DNA of 64,000 bases from a virus (IMGVR_UViG_3300029288_000145:1-64000); one strand, 5' to 3'; shown: positions 9,372 to 18,465, counted from the first letter of the stretch. Made by a program: numbers and translations. The notes: generated by a model from the sequence alone, not told the origin.

Positions 9372-9902
9372 TCAACACTCATTCCCCGGTCTCCCAGGTT
9401 CATTATCGTCCGGTATGTTACCTGTAATTTCATTTTTTATAGTTATTAATCGGCTGAAAGAAGCACCTGTATTTTTCTCATATATATCTCTCATTGACTT
9501 TGTCCCGCTGTGTATAAGCCAGTGTTCTTCAGGGTCTAGTAGAATAATATTTCTTTTGTCAGTCTTGTACTGGGGAAACTTTCCTTTTGATAGCACATGG
9601 TGAAACATGTTGAAATGAACATCTGTTCTATAATATCCATCAAGGTTTCTTCCGGACAAGTAACTTACGTGGGGTCTCTCTGCCCATATTTCGTTGAATA
9701 TTTCGGCCTCGGTTTTTTCAGCCGAGGCCGGGCTGTATGGTATCATCGTTTCCATCTCCCAGCAGGCCGGGCAGATTCCCAGTTGCAGGGTGGACATAAA
9801 TCCACATTTATTGCAGATGAAATGGGTCTTTATCTTCTTCTTCCGGGTAAACGTACTTCTCTTCATATTTGCATTTTTTACATTGCCAGTATATACGGCC
9901 AA
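9372..9902 (-). CDS. Zinc-ribbon plus HNH-like nuclease
   Basis: FICNKCGFMSTLQLGICPACWE (RadA-type ribbon) followed by HHVLSKG...NIILL...EHWLIH. Confidence 0.55.
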   Translation of the reverse strand: MAVYTGNVKNANMKRSTFTRKKKIKTHFICNKCGFMSTLQLGICPACWEMETMIPYSPASAEKTEAEIFNEIWAERPHVSYLSGRNLDGYYRTDVHFNMFHHVLSKGKFPQYKTDKRNIILLDPEEHWLIHSGTKSMRDIYEKNTGASFSRLITIKNEITGNIPDDNEPGRPGNEC

Positions 9903-9943
9903 GGTCGGCCTTTACAACCATATCCGTTCCACATAAAGGGCAC

Positions 9944-10416
9944 TTATCCATTTTCAGACTCAGTTTCGGTTAAATCTTCGAGCCTTTCCAACAGAATTTT
10001 CTCCTCGTCATTTAGTACGGGAAGGTCTTTTTTTAACCCCGTCTGCCGGTATGCCTTGTTGATCTTTCTCACTACCGAGGCAAAGGTGTTTATCTCTGTG
10101 TGAACAAAGACTATGGTCGTATTGATCTTCTGCTTGACCTTCATTTGCCACGAACTTTTTTGTAGTACAAAGCCTTCATAGACTTGTGGGTTCTTTTTCC
10201 CCAGCCCAACCTTCCCCAGAGTTCGGCCATGCGGCCATACGAAACGGGCGGGTCTGTCTCCCGGCATTTTTTAAAGAACTCTACCTGCTGGGGGGTAAGA
10301 AAAATTTCGGTTGACTGTGGTGGCCTTCCCCGGTACTTGTCGAGTTCGGCCATCAATTCCTCGTATGTGATTTTATCCGTCATATTTCTTCGCATTGTGA
10401 GCGTTCTATTCTCCAC
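9944..10416 (-). other. Two small hypothetical CDS (9944..10144; 10141..10416)
   Basis: ATGA coupling at 10141-10144 argues the track ORF 9944..10267 really starts at 10144. Confidence 0.55.
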
Positions 10417-11219
10417 ACTTTGTGTCGGGTAAATACCATATCCTCATCACCCTCCCTGATAAGGTAGCCGCCGATATGAGGCGTGCTTGTCCTTCCCAGG
10501 GGTATCCTGTTTGTGAATGGAGTTTTTAACTGCCAGGCAGGGGTGACAAGGCTAATGCCGTATCCGTTTTTCGTGCCAAACCGGGTTTCAAATTCACGGT
10601 GGCGGTGACTCCTGACAATAACTACCGGCGGTTCATCTCCCCAGCGGCCAGCTTCATTGAGCGTTTCAACCATCTCCTTTTGTACGGCTGTGGACTCGTA
10701 ACTTGCTGATGAGGTTGTTCCTATATGGTGGGTAACGTGGATGAGTGCTTTGTTGGCACCGAACCTTAACCACAGCTCCCAGCGTGAGTATGCGCCGAGT
10801 TCGTCCCGGACAGCTCCCAGGGATTCGGCTATTCGTTCTTCACTGTCTCCGGATATGCCACCATGTACTTCTGTTCCCCGGATATGGTAGTATGCCTTAC
10901 ACTTCGGAGCCGATACTATGGGTTTCATTATAGATACACAGATATTCTCCTGGTCTTTGATGTTGTGGCTGATCTGGGACGTGCTGCCATGATGTACTCC
11001 GTCAATGGCATCACCGTTTAGTATAACAGCATAGTCCTGTTTTTTCGTTACTTTGGGCACCCATTCCCCCCAGAACTCTTCCCAGTATCCCCACATTTTT
11101 AATTGCAGGGGAGAGGGTAGGACAACGTTTCCGCCGTCTATCTGAATACCCTCTTTCGGTAATAATCCGAAACGACAGCCACAGTGTAGGTCAGAAATTA
11201 CGATAATGTTGTTGATCAT
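10380..11219 (-). CDS. Calcineurin-like metallophosphoesterase
   Basis: DLHCG, NGDAIDG, RGTEVH, THH and SHRH metal-binding motifs. Confidence 0.85.
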   Translation of the reverse strand: MINNIIVISDLHCGCRFGLLPKEGIQIDGGNVVLPSPLQLKMWGYWEEFWGEWVPKVTKKQDYAVILNGDAIDGVHHGSTSQISHNIKDQENICVSIMKPIVSAPKCKAYYHIRGTEVHGGISGDSEERIAESLGAVRDELGAYSRWELWLRFGANKALIHVTHHIGTTSSASYESTAVQKEMVETLNEAGRWGDEPPVVIVRSHRHREFETRFGTKNGYGISLVTPAWQLKTPFTNRIPLGRTSTPHIGGYLIREGDEDMVFTRHKVWRIERSQCEEI

Positions 11220-11229
11220 ATATTTTAAT

Positions 11230-11503
11230 TTATTTTCTAAAAAACGCCGATGCTGACTCTATTGAGAAATTAAGCTCATAGCCGTCAGAGTCTTTCATGG
11301 CTATAAATCCACCACATGATGATTCCCTGGCATATTTTATTTGCAGTTCATTGAGACATTTAGTGGCCTCATCTTTGAGTTCGTTTTTTTGTCGGCACCC
11401 GGCCAAGAGTTTCCCACTTCCAGTCCATCATTTCCATATAACTGTGGACAAGCTCAAAATTGAAGTCTTTGAGTATCTGCTCAACCATCTCCTCATGTCT
11501 CAT
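11230..11503 (-). pseudogene. About 90-aa phage gene broken by a +1 frameshift in an A7 run
   Basis: MRHEEMVEQILKDFNFELVHSYMEMMDWKWETLGRVPT then stop; deleting one A (plus T-run 11384-11390) gives KNELKDEATKCL...SSCGGFIAM..YELNFSIE to TAA 11230. Confidence 0.6.
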
Positions 11504-11507
11504 AGTA

Positions 11508-11550
11508 CAAAGGTAATACTTGTTAATAACTTTTCCAAATTTATTTTTAT
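11508..11550 (-). promoter_or_regulatory. Promoter, extended class
   Basis: AAAAATAAATTTGG, N20 spacer, TACCTTTG; 5 nt before ATG 11503. Confidence 0.7.
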
Positions 11551-11556
11551 TATACT

Positions 11557-11638
11557 ATTTTTAATTGGACTAAACAGAACCATATTATTGATTATCAGGA
11601 GATATTATTTAGAATGTGAACATACTAGCTAGTTACCT
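11557..11638 (+). repeat. attI-like recombination site, copy 2
   Basis: ATTTTTAATTGGACTAAACA..ATTTAGAATGTGAACATACTAGCTAG|TT; gapless with copy 1. Confidence 0.75.
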
Positions 11639-12355
11639 GCCATTTAAGAAAACAGCCTCACCGACTATCGGATGAACACAATTCCTTAATATTTGAACAG
11701 GGCAATGATTTTTACCGTAGTAAATAGTTTCTTCAAAATGAATGCCTAACCAATCCATCGTTGCTTTTTTTCCTTCCATATTAGCTTTGTTTATAAAGTT
11801 TTGGGGTTGCTCAACTTTTACCTGGTTAATTTTAAAGTTTGCCCAAAATAAATGTCTTCCAATTTCGGCAGTTGGTTCAATCAATGGTTTATAATATGGT
11901 TTTACATTTTCAACAACCCATTTGCCTTTAAAAAAGTGCTGTAAAAATATAATCACTTCATAAAGTTTAAAGTCTGGATAATCGGCTACTTTGTGCCTTG
12001 TAAATTTCATCATCTTGCTGTGTTTTTGGCACGGTGGGGAAATCCAAACGAAATCAAAGTTTTCATAGTTGTTTTTTAAATATTCGTAAGCATCGCCAGT
12101 AATTACCGTATCATTCGGGTAAAGCTTTTTATAAAGTGCTGCTATTTTAGGGTCATTTTCAACAGCCGTAACCTGGCAATCTTTCCAATTTTTGCGATTA
12201 CCGCCAACCCCGGCGCAAAGATTTAAAACACGAAAAACGGCAGGTAACACGCGGTCATACTCCATGCCGGGTGTCGTGGTTTGCCAAAGTTCCTGCTGTT
12301 TATTAAGTTTTGTCATAATTTGATAGTGTTTCGTTATTAATCCGGCACGTAGCAT
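11633..12355 (-). CDS. Short DNA cytosine-C5 methyltransferase
   Basis: VLNLCAGVGG (motif I), SPPCQ (catalytic PC), VVENV (motif VI); true start probably ATG 12316 or 12265. Confidence 0.85.
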   Translation of the reverse strand: MLRAGLITKHYQIMTKLNKQQELWQTTTPGMEYDRVLPAVFRVLNLCAGVGGNRKNWKDCQVTAVENDPKIAALYKKLYPNDTVITGDAYEYLKNNYENFDFVWISPPCQKHSKMMKFTRHKVADYPDFKLYEVIIFLQHFFKGKWVVENVKPYYKPLIEPTAEIGRHLFWANFKINQVKVEQPQNFINKANMEGKKATMDWLGIHFEETIYYGKNHCPVQILRNCVHPIVGEAVFLNGR

Positions 12356-12366
12356 ACCGCAATTCG
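11633..12366 (+). mobile_element. Integron-like gene cassette 2 (734 bp), cargo C5 DNA methyltransferase on the opposite strand
   Basis: Starts G|TTACCTGCCATTT; inverse core AAACGGCAGGTAAC complementary 13/14. Confidence 0.7.
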
Positions 12367-12372
12367 TTATTC
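12242..12372 (+). repeat. attC-like hairpin 2 (131 bp)
   Basis: AGGTAAC-ac-GCGGTcATACTCCATGCCGG ... CCGGCACGTAGCATACCGC-aattc-GTTATTC, one extrahelical base. Confidence 0.7.
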
Positions 12373-12747
12373 AACCTCTAGGTACTTACACTCACATCCC
12401 ATGATAGCATCTTTTGTATCCATACAGCCAGTTACATCCTCACCCACACGATACAAAACGTTACTGTATAACTCACAGACGTTGTAGTTTTTTACCAGCT
12501 TGCCGTCTATATACTTCTCCACACAGTTGCTCGGTGCTGAACGGATGATATACCCGTACTGGTATCCGTAATCGCCATGAGTGACCTCCATGATGAGTAC
12601 TTTATTGTCACCGTATCCCGGAGTCATGGGGTCGTCCTTCTGGCAGCCAATGAGCATATAAAGAAATATACCTACTATGGCACCGATGATCATTGCCCGT
12701 AATATGTCTTTGAGCATACTACTTGGGTCTATGTTAAGATTTATCAT
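12367..12747 (-). CDS. Putative lipoprotein
   Basis: Hydrophobic stretch ending LIG-C-QKDD (lipobox); its stop overlaps the attC-like crossover. Confidence 0.55.
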   Translation of the reverse strand: MINLNIDPSSMLKDILRAMIIGAIVGIFLYMLIGCQKDDPMTPGYGDNKVLIMEVTHGDYGYQYGYIIRSAPSNCVEKYIDGKLVKNYNVCELYSNVLYRVGEDVTGCMDTKDAIMGCECKYLEVE

Positions 12748-13174
12748 CGCTTAGTCTTTTGATTTCACATTCAAGATACCATAACGCCTTTTTTAAGTCC
12801 TCAATTTCTTTGTCGGCATTTTTCTCCCCAGCCCTCCAGAGGTATTTCATGGCATTGCCCCGGCAGAAATTGAAGTGCTTGGTTACGTCAATACACTCGA
12901 TGCCAAATCCTTTTTTGTAGTAGTTTGGGTTGATGGGGTCGAAGGGTTCTGCTTGGGACTGATCTGGTTTGGTATCGTCAAAACTACACTTAACGGCAAT
13001 TTTTCCTCGCACAATATGTCCCTCGGCAACAACAGGCGTAAATGCTACAAAATGTGCGCAATGCACACACTCTTCACTACCAATAATGACTGCTGGAGAC
13101 TGGTAGTGTCTTTTAAGTACCGGACATTCCGCTACCGGCTTGTGCTCTTCATTTAATTCGCTGAAATAAATCAT
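12734..13174 (-). CDS. DUF3310-domain protein
   Basis: DPINPNYY..GIECIDV...FCRGNAMKYLWRAGEK....EDLKKALWYL. Confidence 0.8.
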   Translation of the reverse strand: MIYFSELNEEHKPVAECPVLKRHYQSPAVIIGSEECVHCAHFVAFTPVVAEGHIVRGKIAVKCSFDDTKPDQSQAEPFDPINPNYYKKGFGIECIDVTKHFNFCRGNAMKYLWRAGEKNADKEIEDLKKALWYLECEIKRLSDDKS

Positions 13175-13193
13175 GTTTTTTGTTTTTTAAATA

Positions 13194-13418
13194 TTATTCA
13201 CTCGGACATTTATCAAAATATATCTGCTCATGAACCCTTAACACAATAAGTTCTTTAACGAAGGCCATTAAGTCCTGAAGGGTGTCTTTTGTGATTGGAT
13301 ATTCTACCTCTCTTTTTTCTTTATCCATAAACAGCATTTGACCGTCCATGTTTTGCAAGTGAACATATCCTAAGCACTCTAAGTGTTCAATGATGTCTAA
13401 TTCGGTTATTTTTTTCAT
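13194..13418 (-). CDS. Hypothetical protein
   Basis: 74 aa, in operon after the helicase. Confidence 0.55.
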   Translation of the reverse strand: MKKITELDIIEHLECLGYVHLQNMDGQMLFMDKEKREVEYPITKDTLQDLMAFVKELIVLRVHEQIYFDKCPSE

Positions 13419-13429
13419 TCCGGTTTATT

Positions 13430-15151
13430 TTAAAATGGTAATTGTTCTTCGTTAATTTCTGTCTTTTCTTCTTGATTTATATAATTAGTATTGTCATACG
13501 TTGTACCTGAAATATCACTTAAACTATACCTGCCATTGGCCTCGTTGTATTTAAAAGAAATATCGCCTATTTTCCCTAAGTGCCTGAATTTTACTTTTTG
13601 AACATATATCTCCGTTGTTTCTTCCGTGAAGTTCCTGTAAACACAAATTCCGTAATCGGTTTTATTATAAAAATGAGCTGAACCAGATATATCATACAGC
13701 GAAGGAATTTCGTATTCTGTGCTGTTTTTCTTCTTTTGCATTTTCCGGGGATGTGCTGCAATTATAACAAGTATATGATTCTCCTGGGCAAAGTTTATGA
13801 TCTTTGTCAGCATTTTGTTTATATACGTTGTTTCGCTTTCACTCCCCATCTGGTGTTCAATTCTATTCCAGGGGTCAATAACAAGGATTTTGATATTATG
13901 CCGAAAGATTAGGCTCTTTGTTTCTGTGAATATATTTTCAAGTGTATATTCACCATTATCAGGCTTTATGAAAAAAATGTGTTCAACAAGGTAGTTGAAA
14001 CAATCATTAAATTCATCCATCGTTAATTGATTAAGTGACTTGCCAGTAATTTTTTCGCTTATTTTTGCGTAATGAAGTTTTAAAGGATAATTCTCAGGAC
14101 TGAAATAAGCAATTTTATATCCATGATAAATCATAAACTTTGATACTAAAAAGTCTATAAATTCGCTTTTACCATGAGATGGTATTCCGGTAACAACTAA
14201 CAACCTACCCAACTGCCAACGGATAAAATTATCAAGTCCAGATATTTCCAACGTCATTCCCTGATCTATTCCGTTCTGATAAATGTCTAATATTTCTTCA
14301 CGAATATCATTGAGTGTTACAACGCCTTTTATTGGAAATCTTTTAGCATTTGTTATTGTTTCTACAAGTGCCTGTTTGCCATATTTTAATAAATATTCAT
14401 TTGCATCTTTGCAGTCATTAAAATCAACCTTAAAGCATTTTTCTATTCCAAACCTGGCAGAAATTCTGTCCCTGAGATTTAACCCTGGTACATCGTTATC
14501 AACGGCAATATATATATTGATCTTATCTGTGAAGTAATTTATTACGTTGTCGAAATACTTAATATCAGCATTAGCCCCGTTTGGAACAGATATAACATTT
14601 TCAAGCCCAGCCTCAATATATGAAAGACAGTCTATTTCTCCTTCGGTGATTATTACGGAATTTGTTTTGTAAATGCTGTCTATGTTATAGGGTATTATTT
14701 CTGCCCCTTTAAATAACTTAAAGTTCTTTTCCTTGTCCCTAAATTTTATATTTACAAGTTCTTTATTTCTGTAATAGTTAAAACAAATACACTTAGTTTC
14801 TTTTCCTATTTGCGGGAAAAATTCATCTTTACTAGTTACTTTTGCCTTTCTCAGGGTTTCGTGGGATATTCCCCTTTCGGAAAAATAATCAATAATATGC
14901 TGGCTTAATTCAATTTTAATTTCCGCCGGAACCTCATAGGTTTGCTTTTTGTATATATATTCAATTTCGTTTAAGGTTCCTGATATTTTGCAATTATGAC
15001 ATTTAAAAACTCCTTTATCAATATCAACAGATAAACTCAAATCGTTTTTATGCTTTCTGTAATCATGACAAAAGACACACTTGGTTTTCACACTCCCGGA
15101 TGTTTTTCCGTAAAGATCGAATCCATGTATATTAAACTTAGCGATTTTCAT
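13430..15151 (-). CDS. T7 gp4/Twinkle-type primase-helicase
   Basis: Zn ribbon CVFC..CHNC, TOPRIM IITEGEID / DND, Walker A GIPSHGKS, VIDPWN, AHPRK; C-terminus EEQLPF. Confidence 0.9.
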   Translation of the reverse strand: MKIAKFNIHGFDLYGKTSGSVKTKCVFCHDYRKHKNDLSLSVDIDKGVFKCHNCKISGTLNEIEYIYKKQTYEVPAEIKIELSQHIIDYFSERGISHETLRKAKVTSKDEFFPQIGKETKCICFNYYRNKELVNIKFRDKEKNFKLFKGAEIIPYNIDSIYKTNSVIITEGEIDCLSYIEAGLENVISVPNGANADIKYFDNVINYFTDKINIYIAVDNDVPGLNLRDRISARFGIEKCFKVDFNDCKDANEYLLKYGKQALVETITNAKRFPIKGVVTLNDIREEILDIYQNGIDQGMTLEISGLDNFIRWQLGRLLVVTGIPSHGKSEFIDFLVSKFMIYHGYKIAYFSPENYPLKLHYAKISEKITGKSLNQLTMDEFNDCFNYLVEHIFFIKPDNGEYTLENIFTETKSLIFRHNIKILVIDPWNRIEHQMGSESETTYINKMLTKIINFAQENHILVIIAAHPRKMQKKKNSTEYEIPSLYDISGSAHFYNKTDYGICVYRNFTEETTEIYVQKVKFRHLGKIGDISFKYNEANGRYSLSDISGTTYDNTNYINQEEKTEINEEQLPF

Positions 15152-15938
15152 TCATTTCCTGTTTAAGACGTTCAATTTCCTCTGGTAACATATTTGCTCC
15201 GTTTGGATGATATAATTGCCAATAATGAAGTTTGTCTTTAATTTCATCCCAGGACTTTTCAATCTTTTCACCTCCGGTTATTGCCCGGACTTTAAACAAC
15301 CGTACTTCTGGAGATTTTTGTGCCGTATTATTTTTCCATGTTCTAACCGCCGCCTTCCATTTCTTCATTTTTGTTTTACCTACCATCCACCCCCTTGTTT
15401 CATAATAGTCATAAAAATATTGCCCAGTAAATGAAGTTATGTTTTGTTCTTTAAGGTAATTATTTATTTCTTCAACTGATGGTATAATAAATATATTCTT
15501 TTCTTTATTTCCTTTATTATCTTTATTGTTTGTGTTACGCAGCTGTTCCTCAGCTGTTACTTGGCTGCTACTTGGCTGTTCTTTGGTTGCTACTTCTAAA
15601 ACAGCGTTTTGCTGATATTCGTCATATTTACAAATAGTTACGGTTGTGTAGTGGCTGTTACTATTTATTTTTATCATTTCTAACTTTTCTAATTTTTTCA
15701 ACCACTTATAAATTGTGCTACCATCTATGCCTGTTTGCGCCTCAGCAGAATGTCTACCAAATAATAATTGCCCCCTGTTTAGATTTACTATGCTTTGACC
15801 CTGACCTATTTTAACACCAACAGTCTTTTGTTTATAATTTGCCTTTAATAGAAGCCATATCCAAATTTTCAACCCCTTTTCAGAGGCAAATATATTTGAA
15901 TCCAGAAGGGTTCTGTGTAAATATATATACCCTTCCAT
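15138..15938 (-). CDS. Phage replication initiator (lambda O-like architecture)
   Basis: N-terminal GYIYLHRTLL wHTH, low-complexity linker, C-terminal FYDYYETRGWMVGKTKMKKWKAAVRTW; directly upstream of the helicase. Confidence 0.75.
   Translation of the reverse strand: MEGYIYLHRTLLDSNIFASEKGLKIWIWLLLKANYKQKTVGVKIGQGQSIVNLNRGQLLFGRHSAEAQTGIDGSTIYKWLKKLEKLEMIKINSNSHYTTVTICKYDEYQQNAVLEVATKEQPSSSQVTAEEQLRNTNNKDNKGNKEKNIFIIPSVEEINNYLKEQNITSFTGQYFYDYYETRGWMVGKTKMKKWKAAVRTWKNNTAQKSPEVRLFKVRAITGGEKIEKSWDEIKDKLHYWQLYHPNGANMLPEEIERLKQEMNENR
15484..15595. repeat. Candidate origin: five tandem 11-bp iterons (15541-15595) beside an AT-rich tract
   Basis: AGCTGTTCCTC, AGCTGTTACTT, GGCTGCTACTT, GGCTGTTCTTT, GGTTGCTACTT; period is not a multiple of 3. 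Confidence 0.6.
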
Positions 15939-15939
15939 A

Positions 15940-16308
15940 TTATTTCTGATTATCTATCATAAAATTTAATGCCTCCTTGAAGTTTATTTTGTTGTTTTCT
16001 ATCCAGTAAGTATATATATCCAATGTGTGTAAGCACACTCCATTATTATACAAACTCTCAATTATTTTTTTTTCATACTCCTTACAAGAAATACTATAAT
16101 CTTCATGACAATCACTACATAATGTTATTAAACTTTCAATAGGATATTCCCATACATTTTTATTGGGTGAATAATAATTATGGTGCACATGCAATGTGTT
16201 TGTTTTTGACCCACAATACTGACAGGTAAATTCATCTCGTTCTAAAACCTTCAGTCTTATTTTTTGCCATTCTGGGTGATTATATTGTTTGGCAAATTCT
16301 TTTTTCAT
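15940..16308 (-). CDS. HNH endonuclease
   Basis: WQKIRLKVLERDEFTCQYCG...LHVHH.YY...LITLCSDCH. Confidence 0.85.
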   Translation of the reverse strand: MKKEFAKQYNHPEWQKIRLKVLERDEFTCQYCGSKTNTLHVHHNYYSPNKNVWEYPIESLITLCSDCHEDYSISCKEYEKKIIESLYNNGVCLHTLDIYTYWIENNKINFKEALNFMIDNQK

Positions 16309-16321
16309 GACATGAAATATT

Positions 16322-16428
16322 AAAACCCCTACTCACAGACGGGTTATTCAGACCTACCTTATGCAAGGATGTGTGTCCGTTTTCGGGGTTCTTTTTAGAT
16401 TGATTTAACATAAGGTAAATCTGAATAA
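16322..16428 (-). promoter_or_regulatory. Structured 5' leader of the replication operon
   Basis: 20-bp stem with 18/20 pairing (16344-16363 with 16409-16428) plus competing AACCCC/GGGGTT pairings. Confidence 0.45.
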
Positions 16429-16433
16429 GACTA

Positions 16434-16465
16434 CAAATTTACACAATGCTTTTTCGTTTTCCAAA
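16434..16465 (-). promoter_or_regulatory. Promoter of the HNH-initiator-helicase operon
   Basis: TTTG-N20-TAAATTTG. Confidence 0.7.
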
Positions 16466-16478
16466 CTGACCCGGCTGG

Positions 16479-16673
16479 TTATGCTATCCCCAGTCCCCTG
16501 ATGTCGTTCCAGATGCGGTCAAACTGTTTGTGGGTTTCCTCTTCTGTCTTAAATTTGACGGCATTGTTATTGCCATCAACGCCAGCGAACTGGATGACGC
16601 TTTCCCAGGTCTCGATGTTTTTTACCTGATCAAGATTAACGATTAAATCTTCACATTTCACGAAATTTGCCAT
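16479..16673 (-). CDS. Hypothetical protein
   Basis: 64 aa ORF with A-rich leader. Confidence 0.55.
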   Translation of the reverse strand: MANFVKCEDLIVNLDQVKNIETWESVIQFAGVDGNNNAVKFKTEEETHKQFDRIWNDIRGLGIA

Positions 16674-16744
16674 AATATTTGTTTTTTAAATGGTTTCAAA
16701 TAATTCCCTTTCAGCCTTGCGCCTTGCAACAAGTCCAGGTAATA

Positions 16745-17227
16745 TTACACTTTTACCGTATTTAATCTTGGATCGGTAAACACAATTTCGGGATGAACAA
16801 ATATTGTGTTTTTGTATTTCCTGATTCTCAGCATTACCTCACCTCCATTGCTCTGGTTGTTCATACTCGTATTTCCCTCGATGGAATAAAAGGTGTAGTC
16901 ATCTCTTTGTTCCTGGTATATACCAACATGGTCGAATTTACCATCTCCCTGCCAGTCGAAGAAAACAATATCTCCCGGAACAGGATCATCGGTAATCCAC
17001 TTTTTCTTTTTGAAGTATTGCAGGGCTGTATATACCCCAGCAAAACCTTTTGTGTAACCAATATTACCCAATGGGTAACCGGACTGGTCATAAACCCATG
17101 ATACGAATATCCCACACCAGGGGAGACCATCAAGGCCAAACCATTCGCCATACTTTGTTTTGTTTGAGTTGGGAGGATATTCTTTATATCCTATTTCCCC
17201 CTCTGCAACTTTAATAATTTCTTTCAT
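16745..17227 (-). CDS. CHAP-domain peptidoglycan hydrolase (endolysin candidate)
   Basis: PWCGIFVSW, PGDIVFFDW, DHVGI, IEGNT catalytic motifs. Confidence 0.85.
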   Translation of the reverse strand: MKEIIKVAEGEIGYKEYPPNSNKTKYGEWFGLDGLPWCGIFVSWVYDQSGYPLGNIGYTKGFAGVYTALQYFKKKKWITDDPVPGDIVFFDWQGDGKFDHVGIYQEQRDDYTFYSIEGNTSMNNQSNGGEVMLRIRKYKNTIFVHPEIVFTDPRLNTVKV

Positions 17228-18453
17228 TTCCTTTTATGTATTTTTCAAGTAAATTCGGGTCATAAACAACCAAGGAGTTTTGTACCGGAACCCGATCTGG
17301 ATTTTCCGGGATGGTCACCTTCACTGTGGCGAAATAGTAAATTTCGTTCACCACCTTACCGGCCTCTTTCCGGGTCGGGTATATCGTCCTGCCGGTATAA
17401 AAAAAGTCACCATTTCGGTATATATTTACCCACCCACAACGGTAGTTTTTGTTTTGCAAAGATTTTGGCAAACCCATACTGCTACCGACTTACGACTACT
17501 TTAAGGGTGTCTCCGGCAATGAATAATGTCCTGGGTGCTATAAGGGGAAACTCGTACTTCCACATGGAGGCTGAATCCGTTGGCCGGCAGATAAAGGTGG
17601 TCTTTTGCGACACCGGGTCATAGTCTATCCTCCAGACGTATGCTACCGGAATCGTCTTTATTTTTTCATATACCGCAATTCGTTTTCCCAACTCTTCATT
17701 CCAGGATTTATATACTATTGTTATTATAACAAATACAGCCGCCAGTAAATATGGAAAAATACGTTTCATAACTTTCTCTACTTTATACCCATAATACACT
17801 TGCGTAATATATGGTGTTGACGGTGAAACATATGATGATGACGGTGAATAATCTCTTGGCATGATTTTAAACTTTATACGGGTTAAACAAAATCCAAACA
17901 CGATCTGTTATGGCTGGCTTATAATTCACCACATCAACAGAATTTGCCCGGACATAATTTTCACGGTCAACACTTAACACCTCGAACTTCGTACCGTCCT
18001 GGGTCATAAAGACATCATTGAGATATAGGCAGCGATCTTTGGGTATGAATTTGAGCGTGGCACCATATCTTTTCTCCGGTTCAATTTTCAACAACCGGCA
18101 AATTCTCAGTTTCCACTTCGGCAGGTAACCCAATTCCATTACCCAGATCGTCTTGTCGTGAACTTCAACTACTTTATTCATGCCGCTTGTTTATTAAATT
18201 TTCTCATTAAACGAGATGCCTTGGCGTTCTTCCTGTTTCGCCGGATTTTGTTATTCCAGGCACGGAGTTTCATGTCTTTATAATACACCCATGAGCCTGT
18301 TTTTCTCGACTCTGTTTTATGTGCTACCGGATATTTGGTAAGGTATTCTGGGTTTTCCTCTTTGTGTTCCTGATTGGGAACGGGAGGGGTTTCAACAACC
18401 TTTTTTGGTCTGGCGTGAAACAGTGTGCGTACTTTTTGAAACGGAGTTTTCAT
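17211..18453 (-). other. Four hypothetical CDS (17211..17477; 17482..17901 with TM; 17867..18181; 18178..18453)
   Basis: Overlapping co-oriented ORFs behind the promoter at 18466; last probably starts at ATG 18453. Confidence 0.55.
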
Positions 18454-18465
18454 TATTTTTTTGAA

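Noticed and set aside
11297-11632. 111-aa plus-strand ORF from the track
   Set aside because: It overlaps the frameshifted minus-strand gene, its promoter and the attI-like site, and has no recognisable features.
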